Shown one piece after another: positions 1 to 4,446 of a stretch of 4,446 nt of DNA. Position 1 is the stretch's first letter, and each line of letters opens with the position of its first letter. Location: the IMG/VR virus record IMGVR_UViG_2802429246_000012; one strand, written 5' to 3'. The notes below the pieces were generated by a model. The model did not search any database, was not told the DNA's origin, and saw nothing but the letters and a program-made list of their open reading frames with translations. A program made the translations under genes and the position numbers. This DNA is from a virus. Lineage: Duplodnaviria; Heunggongvirae; Uroviricota; Caudoviricetes.

Positions 1-192
1 ATGTTCGCGCTGGTACTTTTTGTTTGCTATCTGGACGCTGGTTGTGAAGATATTGTGGTTGATGTCTACAATACGGAACAGCAGTGCCTCTACTCAATGG
101 ACGATCAACGGATCCGCCACGGTGGCTGTTTTCCCGTTGAAGATTTCATTGATGGGTTCTGGCGGCCTGCGCAAGATTACAGTGACTTTTAA
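1..192 (+). CDS. yebW: Small uncharacterized protein, YebW-like (63 aa, 4 Cys)
   Basis: 63-codon ORF with TAA stop at 190-192, directly abutting the stop of the convergent phosphatase gene. From memory, E. coli K-12 has a 63-aa YebW next to pphA with a similar MFALVLFVCYLD start; this is recalled, not searched. The start sits at the window edge, so no RBS or promoter can be inspected. Confidence 0.5.
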   Translation: MFALVLFVCYLDAGCEDIVVDVYNTEQQCLYSMDDQRIRHGGCFPVEDFIDGFWRPAQDYSDF

Positions 193-849
193 TTACTGGA
201 GTCGTTCCAACGTGAGTGTTCCACCAAAGACCGCGCCGGTATCAATATAATGCAAGTTACCGATATCTACGCGATGACGTAATGGCGTATGACCAAACCA
301 GAAATGATCAGCGCCGGTAATTCCCTGCCCTTTTCGGCCTTCACGCAATCGCGAGCGACTCCACAACACCTGATGCAGATCGACTTCCTTATGCCACTCA
401 TAAATATCATTGGGGTAATCCGCATGGGCGATGACATGCAGTCCGCTACTACAGCTTAATTCAATTATCCACGGCAAAGACCCGCACTTTTCCAGCGCCC
501 TTCTCGCTTGCTCACGTTGGTGCTCTGTCAGTGCGGCAAACCAGTCGCCACCATTCATAAACCACAAAGACATCTGCTGCGATGCCAGCGCATCCATCGC
601 CATCTGCTCATGATTGCCTCTTACCGCCCTGACCCAGCGTTGATCCAGTAATTGCAGGCAACGCAAACTCTCCGGGCCACGATCGATAACGTCACCAACC
701 GAGATTAACAAGTCTTGCCACGGGTCAAACCGGCAGAACCATAATTTCTCTCGCAGTTGCGCCAGGCAGCCATGAATATCACCCACCAGCCAAATATGTC
801 GCCACTGACTACCATCAATTCTCTGATAGATGTGGCCTGCCTGTTTCAT
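193..849 (-). CDS. pphA: Serine/threonine protein phosphatase, PPP/calcineurin-like metallophosphatase family (PrpA/PrpB, lambda PPase-like), 218 aa
   Basis: The translation carries the three PPP signature motifs in order: GDIHG, GDVIDRG and GNHE, plus downstream HADYP and FGHTP. Length and the MKQAGHIYQRI start match my memory of E. coli PrpA. I chose the ATG at 849 because an AAGGAA Shine-Dalgarno (853-858) precedes it; the in-frame ATG at 870 has none. The symbol rests on synteny with the yebW-like ORF; PrpB or a phage-borne PPase is not excluded. Confidence 0.85.
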   Translation of the reverse strand: MKQAGHIYQRIDGSQWRHIWLVGDIHGCLAQLREKLWFCRFDPWQDLLISVGDVIDRGPESLRCLQLLDQRWVRAVRGNHEQMAMDALASQQMSLWFMNGGDWFAALTEHQREQARRALEKCGSLPWIIELSCSSGLHVIAHADYPNDIYEWHKEVDLHQVLWSRSRLREGRKGQGITGADHFWFGHTPLRHRVDIGNLHYIDTGAVFGGTLTLERLQ

Positions 850-852
850 CAA

Positions 853-858
853 TTCCTT
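853..858 (-). promoter_or_regulatory. Shine-Dalgarno (AAGGAA) for the phosphatase start at 849
   Basis: Minus-strand sequence reads GGGAGTAAGGAATTG ATG AAA CAG; the purine-rich block lies a few nt upstream of the second in-frame ATG. Confidence 0.5.
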
Positions 859-870
859 ACTCCCGCGCAT

Positions 871-1246
871 AAGATCACATTATTTTAACAAAAATGTTAA
901 AAAAGCCTGGACTGAAGCAGTAGAGTGTGTGTTATGGTTGATTGTGAAGTCAGTGAGGGAAAAGCAGTAATGCCATTATCAAACTGGCTTTATAGATAAA
1001 AAGAGACCGAACACGATTCCTGTTTTCGTCAACAAACAAGAAACCCTTTTTAAATTAATGTGTTAAACAAAATCACGCTCATCTTTTAATCCCAAACACG
1101 TACCATTGCATATTAATGCATTCAATTAGTTACCATTTTTTTCGAGTTTTTTAGAGAAAATTTCGGGACTATTTCAGACCAATCCAGGCAGAAATAAGCA
1201 ATCTATGAGTTGAATAATTTCTCAACAATTATGTAAGATTATTTCC
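871..1246 (-). promoter_or_regulatory. AT-rich non-coding spacer: presumed phosphatase promoter region and phage/chromosome junction (promoter not pinpointed)
   Basis: No ORF of 60 aa or more on either strand. Hand counts of 60-bp blocks between 901 and 1200 give roughly 28-45% GC, visibly lower than the flanking coding DNA. Several weak sigma70-like hexamers are present (for example TTGACG and TAAAAT on the minus strand) but none with convincing spacing. Confidence 0.4.
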
Positions 1247-1290
1247 GGCTGACTTTCATTCAGTTTCGCATTATCGAACGTACGTCAGCC

Positions 1291-1327
1291 AGCTGCGGCA
1301 CGTTCTTGCATACGACGTGCCGCAGCT
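1291..1327. terminator. Perfect 12-bp inverted repeat (AGCTGCGGCACG / CGTGCCGCAGCT) with 13-nt loop; putative terminator or RNA-stabilising stem-loop at the 3' end of the tail-fiber operon
   Basis: The repeat is seen directly in the sequence and starts 4 nt beyond the chaperone stop codon (1332-1334). There is no U-tract on the minus-strand transcript; on the plus strand it is followed by TCTGTTATT. It may therefore act bidirectionally or simply protect the 3' end. Confidence 0.4.
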
Positions 1328-1331
1328 TCTG

Positions 1332-1904
1332 TTATTCCACGATAAAATTCCTAACCGAATTCAAATCCTCCAGACTATTCAGTTCATCCTTCATCTCACG
1401 CTGGCGACGATATATCTCGTCATTGCGATCGACCTGTGCCTGCGCCATTGCAGTAAGCAGCTCATCCAGTTTCTGCATCGACAGTTTCACCTGCTGGTTT
1501 TCCGCATCGCCCCATACCATGGTTTTTCGCGCTGTGTCAGACTTTGATGCCATTACTGCCGGATAAAGACGAGCCATTGAGTCGGGGCCAGCATTCCAGG
1601 TACGACCGTTCCATTCGAACGTGAACGGCAGTGCTTCCTGTTCTGTTCGCCACGCCTCGATTTCCCGCTTTTTGGCATCTTTTGCCGCTGCGATAAGTTC
1701 AGGCGTGACTGTAAACGGGGCGATTTCACCCCATTTGCCGCTCTGTAACTCTTCCCAGATGCGCTGGCCTGTCGGGGCGCTATCGTCCTGCATGGCGGTA
1801 TACGGGACGAATTCCCTTTCACCTTCAAATAGCACCTCGCAGTCAACCGCACCATTTTCGAGATAATGCGCGTTTCTGATGCCTTTTACCGCTCTGATTT
1901 TCAT
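1332..1904 (-). CDS. Putative tail fiber assembly/chaperone protein (190 aa), non-canonical type
   Basis: The ATG lies 14 bp downstream of the tail fiber stop and is preceded by a strong GAGGAAA Shine-Dalgarno, the classic position of a fiber chaperone after its fiber gene. The protein lacks the C-terminal IEWP motif seen in the other Tfa here; it has a W-rich middle (EAWRTEQEALPFTFEWNGRTWNAGPDS) and a predicted helical C-terminus. Being a real gene is likely; the function is inferred from context. Confidence 0.55.
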   Translation of the reverse strand: MKIRAVKGIRNAHYLENGAVDCEVLFEGEREFVPYTAMQDDSAPTGQRIWEELQSGKWGEIAPFTVTPELIAAAKDAKKREIEAWRTEQEALPFTFEWNGRTWNAGPDSMARLYPAVMASKSDTARKTMVWGDAENQQVKLSMQKLDELLTAMAQAQVDRNDEIYRRQREMKDELNSLEDLNSVRNFIVE

Positions 1905-1910
1905 GTTTTA

Positions 1911-1917
1911 TTTCCTC
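1911..1917 (-). promoter_or_regulatory. Shine-Dalgarno (GAGGAAA) for the 190-aa chaperone gene
   Basis: Minus strand reads TAA CGAGGAAATAAAAC ATG AAA ATC, giving about 7 nt between the SD and the ATG and suggesting coupling to the end of the fiber gene. Confidence 0.6.
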
Positions 1918-1918
1918 G

Positions 1919-3874
1919 TTACTCGATGCGCACAAACAGGCAGATACGACCGCTTGTTCCGTAAGAGTCCCTGACCCCGGATAACGCCATATAACGCCCC
2001 GGGAAAGTGTACCCTGTAGCTCCTGCACTCGGTGTGGAACCGTAGGAGCCAGCCCCCGCAGAAGATATTGTGCACGAAAGATTAACTCCGCCCAGTTGTG
2101 ACCCTGGCACCACATCACCCAGGCCAATTTTGATTTCTTTATCCCCGGAAGTTGTTCCGCGATAAACAGCAAGCACCGGAACACCCACTGCCGGGTATTT
2201 GAAATATGAGCCTGAGCCTGCCGTTCGGGACAGCAGGAACGCCAGCGAATCGCCGTCGTAAATGATGGGGCTTACTGTTGCATTCCAGTTGTTTCCACTC
2301 CAGCGGTAAGTCAGGCGATGAATGCTGTGCTCACCTTCGTAATACTGGTTAAAACACAGCAGCATTTTGAATTTACGCGTTGTGTCCGATTCATCGTTAT
2401 CAAAGGGCGACCACATCACATCAATGATGCCGTTAAATTTTGTGGTGCCTGCCAGTAGTGTGGAAGAGTCCGCAATACTGACCGCATAACGCCCCGGGGT
2501 GGCCTCTTTCAGCCATTCAGCAAAATCGGCCTGTCCGTCAAACGCCAGAGCGTCGGTGCTGGCAAATGCCTGACCGAATCCGTACATGCCGGACAGTGCC
2601 AGCCTGCCCGGTGTGCGGTCGCGGATATCGCTCTGGGGCTCCATCGTCGCAGCCGTTTTCAGACCAAGATATTCCAGCACCTCATTTTTAGAATTCTGAC
2701 CAATTAACACCCGACCGACCGCAGTCAGATTTGCCAGCGCCATGACGTTTTTATCACTGAAATAAGGCAACTTATTACCGGCAGTAACCAGTCCTGATAA
2801 TGACGTCAGTATTTCATTAAGCGGCTGTTTACCTGCCAGGGCGTTAGTGACCGTTGTTGCAAAGTTCGGGTCATTACCCAGCGCCGCTGCCAGCTCGTTC
2901 AGTGTGTCCAGTGTTTCCGGGGACGAGTCAACCAGCGCGGCGAGCAGTTTGCGAACAAATGCCGCGTTCGCGGTTTCCAGACCGACTGCATCGTCCGGTG
3001 GGGTTGGTGTGGTTGGCGTACCTGTGAACGCCGGGCTGTCCAGTGGCGCTTTTGTTTTCGTCTCGTCCATGACGGTTTTGACAGCCTTTGGCGTGGCTGC
3101 CAGTTCCTCGCTGTCGTTGTCTGTATCACTACAGAGTTGCACCAGACCTTTTTGCGTCGTGCTGGCGTTGGTTCCTTTCAGGTCATCGACTATCCGTTGC
3201 GCCTCGTCCCTGTGCTGTTTCGCGTTCTGCTCGCTTTTTGCAGCCGCTTCGGCGCTGGCTTTTGCCTCGCCAGTCAGCGTTGCGGCTTCGTCGAGTTTAT
3301 CGACCGCTTTCTGGACTATCTTATCGGCATCTTTGACCGCCTGTTCTGCCCGGGCGGCATCCTGTGTGGCAGATGATGCCAGCTGTGCCACCTGCTTTTT
3401 ATCTTCGGCAACGGCTTCTGCATTCTGCTGTACGTTATCCGCCAGCGTCTGACAGTCTTCCTTTATCTTCTGCGCATCAGCGACATGTTGCCCGGCCTGG
3501 CGTTCGCTTTCCGCTGCTGCTTCCGCGCTCTGCTGCGCCTGCGCCACCATTTCCTCGAAGCGTTTCACCACGTCGGGTTTGAGGTCGCCTTCATCAAGGG
3601 CAGTCAGAAAGTCGTTCAGCGTGCCGGGCCTGGAGTCGTCGTATACAGCAATGTCGCCAACACAGTACTCGTCGCGCCAGTCCTGCTTCAGATATACGCA
3701 ATATTTTCCGGTCTGCGCCTTAAAACAGTACTCGCCACAGTTTCCTGTCACCACGTCGGCAACTGTGCGCATCACCACTTCTGAGGTGTTTACCCGGGAT
3801 TTCAGAATTATGTGGCATCCGGACATGGGGATGCCTGCGCCATCAATCAGCGCACCTGATATCACTACAGACAT
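1919..3874 (-). CDS. Side tail fiber protein (lambda Stf / Rac StfR-like), 651 aa, complete
   Basis: The N-terminal ~110 aa (3545-3874; MSVVISGALIDGAGIP ... VYDDSRPGTLNDFL) matches the prophage tail-fibre N-terminal domain as I recall it from StfR. Then come an Ala/Gln/Glu-rich coiled-coil shaft (about 3155-3544), the collar motif KGLVQLCSD...ELAATPKAVK (3077-3151) and the widely conserved fiber segment ANAAFVRKLLAALVDSSPETLDTLNELAAALGNDPNFATTVTNALAGKQP ... LEYLGLK (2657-2971). The last ~245 aa (1922-2656) are a distinct distal tip. Confidence 0.9.
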   Translation of the reverse strand: MSVVISGALIDGAGIPMSGCHIILKSRVNTSEVVMRTVADVVTGNCGEYCFKAQTGKYCVYLKQDWRDEYCVGDIAVYDDSRPGTLNDFLTALDEGDLKPDVVKRFEEMVAQAQQSAEAAAESERQAGQHVADAQKIKEDCQTLADNVQQNAEAVAEDKKQVAQLASSATQDAARAEQAVKDADKIVQKAVDKLDEAATLTGEAKASAEAAAKSEQNAKQHRDEAQRIVDDLKGTNASTTQKGLVQLCSDTDNDSEELAATPKAVKTVMDETKTKAPLDSPAFTGTPTTPTPPDDAVGLETANAAFVRKLLAALVDSSPETLDTLNELAAALGNDPNFATTVTNALAGKQPLNEILTSLSGLVTAGNKLPYFSDKNVMALANLTAVGRVLIGQNSKNEVLEYLGLKTAATMEPQSDIRDRTPGRLALSGMYGFGQAFASTDALAFDGQADFAEWLKEATPGRYAVSIADSSTLLAGTTKFNGIIDVMWSPFDNDESDTTRKFKMLLCFNQYYEGEHSIHRLTYRWSGNNWNATVSPIIYDGDSLAFLLSRTAGSGSYFKYPAVGVPVLAVYRGTTSGDKEIKIGLGDVVPGSQLGGVNLSCTISSAGAGSYGSTPSAGATGYTFPGRYMALSGVRDSYGTSGRICLFVRIE

Positions 3875-3897
3875 AGTTTTTCTCGCGATAAATTAAA

Positions 3898-4446
3898 TCA
3901 GGAAGAGGCTTCCGGAGAGACGGGCCATTCAATGGCGTTATATGAGGTTTTATCAGTGATAATGTTGAAATCCATCGCCTGCAGCGATTTCGCGTAAATG
4001 CGGTACGCTTTCAGTTTTTCCCTGTCTTCGTCGCTGATTAATCCCAGCAGCAGGTCTTTTTCCCATTCGCTGGTCATGATGCTGACCCGTTGTGACAGGG
4101 CATCGCGCTCATCTTCCGCTTTAAGTTTGTAGTCGAAAACAAATTCATCATTGCGGTAGAACCAGTATCCCGACGCCTCAATGCGACGATTAGCGGTAAT
4201 ATCCGGCAACTCAATCACACTTTTATTTTCCGGGCAGATTGAGGTGATGTCTTTTCCAACCCAGACCACTTCGCCAGTTTCAACATAAATAACTTTCAGA
4301 GTGTCTGGCTGAAATTTTTCCTGGGCTTCGTGCCATTCCTGACCATCATCGGAGAACAGCCACAATAAAAATTTATGCTGTCGCGCCAGCTGGTATTGCT
4401 CAATTGTTTTAGGGTTTTGTACCGTAAGATTTTTTAAGTGCATCAT
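3898..4446 (-). CDS. Tail fiber assembly protein (Tfa, lambda Tfa / e14 TfaE-like), 182 aa
   Basis: The MMHLKNL start and the C-terminal stretch DREKLKAYRIYAKSLQAMD...AIEWPVSPE resemble the conserved C-terminus of lambda Tfa (...[27 protein letters not shown]) as I recall it. The ATG is at the window edge, so the upstream context and any upstream in-frame extension cannot be seen. The stop lies 23 bp before the fiber ATG. Confidence 0.85.
   Translation of the reverse strand: MMHLKNLTVQNPKTIEQYQLARQHKFLLWLFSDDGQEWHEAQEKFQPDTLKVIYVETGEVVWVGKDITSICPENKSVIELPDITANRRIEASGYWFYRNDEFVFDYKLKAEDERDALSQRVSIMTSEWEKDLLLGLISDEDREKLKAYRIYAKSLQAMDFNIITDKTSYNAIEWPVSPEASS

Larger units (their letters stand above)
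1291..4446. mobile_element. Distal end of a lambdoid prophage or phage remnant (tail-fiber module); continues beyond the right edge
   Basis: Three consecutive co-oriented phage tail-fiber genes, followed by stem-loops and an AT-rich spacer, then chromosomal-type genes. No integrase or attachment site is visible in the window, so the exact boundary is inferred. Confidence 0.7.

Noticed and set aside
20-613. ORFs 20-250 (+) and 431-613 (+)
   Set aside because: Frame-shifted or antisense overlaps of the yebW-like ORF and the phosphatase gene, with no independent support.
900-1000. sigma32 (heat-shock) type promoter for the phosphatase, considered because I recall the E. coli homolog being tied to the protein-misfolding response
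   Set aside because: The best candidate on the minus strand (TTGATAA, 16 nt, CCCTCACT) is a poor match to the consensus as I remember it; too weak to call without conservation or transcript data.
871-1290. Small ORFs in the spacer (for example 934-999, 21 aa; several 6-12 aa ORFs on both strands), considered as possible type I toxin or leader peptides
   Set aside because: None is hydrophobic or long enough to resemble known small toxins, and RBS support is weak (only an internal ATG at 970 has a GAGG upstream). Treated as chance ORFs; an sRNA cannot be excluded from sequence alone.
1306-2184. Overlapping ORFs 1306-1566 (+), 1317-1547 (+), 1553-1855 (-), 1621-1866 (+), 1843-2184 (-)
   Set aside because: Alternative frames or antisense of the well-supported chaperone and fiber genes. 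The in-frame chaperone gene has a strong SD and operon position, and these have neither.
2641-2700. Possible Gin/Hin/Pin-type crossover site at the constant/variable junction of the fiber (around LEYLGLK), i.e. an invertible host-range switch
   Set aside because: The sequence here (CTTGGTCTGAAAACGG) only vaguely resembles the hix/gix-type sites I recall. No inverted copy, no opposite-orientation fiber segment and no invertase gene are in the window.
2847-3452. 201-aa plus-strand ORF (Ala/Ser/Val-rich) and neighbouring plus-strand ORFs (2899-3129 minus-strand frame, 3088-3336, 3137-3376, 3364-3582, 3485-3784, 3579-3896)
   Set aside because: All lie inside and antisense or out-of-frame to the tail fiber gene. 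The Ala-rich coiled-coil shaft (GCN-rich codons) leaves the opposite strand free of stop codons. The translations are low-complexity with no motifs or RBS context.
1919-3874. Diversity-generating retroelement targeting the fiber tip
   Set aside because: No reverse transcriptase ORF and no template/variable repeat pair are noticeable in the window.
1-4446. Window edges coincide exactly with start codons (ATG at 1 on plus; ATG at 4446 on minus)
   Set aside because: Most likely an artefact of how the window was cut, not a biological boundary.

Overview
Enterobacterial-looking window (no database search possible) that joins two chromosomal-type genes to the distal end of a lambdoid phage tail-fiber operon. 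Left: a 63-codon ORF (1-192, +) converging on a PPP-family Ser/Thr phosphatase gene (193-849, -), which I read as a yebW/pphA-like pair. Middle: a ~440 bp AT-rich spacer (850-1290) with no credible ORF, ending in stem-loops at 1247-1327. Right, all on the minus strand and tightly spaced like one operon: a tail fiber assembly protein (4446-3898), a complete 651-aa side tail fiber (3874-1919) and a 190-aa putative fiber chaperone (1904-1332). I see no RNA genes, CRISPR array, IS element, reverse transcriptase or invertase. I cannot point to a clearly novel system; the best candidates for follow-up are the divergent tail-fiber tip with its non-canonical chaperone, the apparent tandem fiber/chaperone cassettes, and the AT-rich phage-chromosome junction with its dyad and stem-loops. 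All homology statements are from reading the translations and from memory of these protein families.
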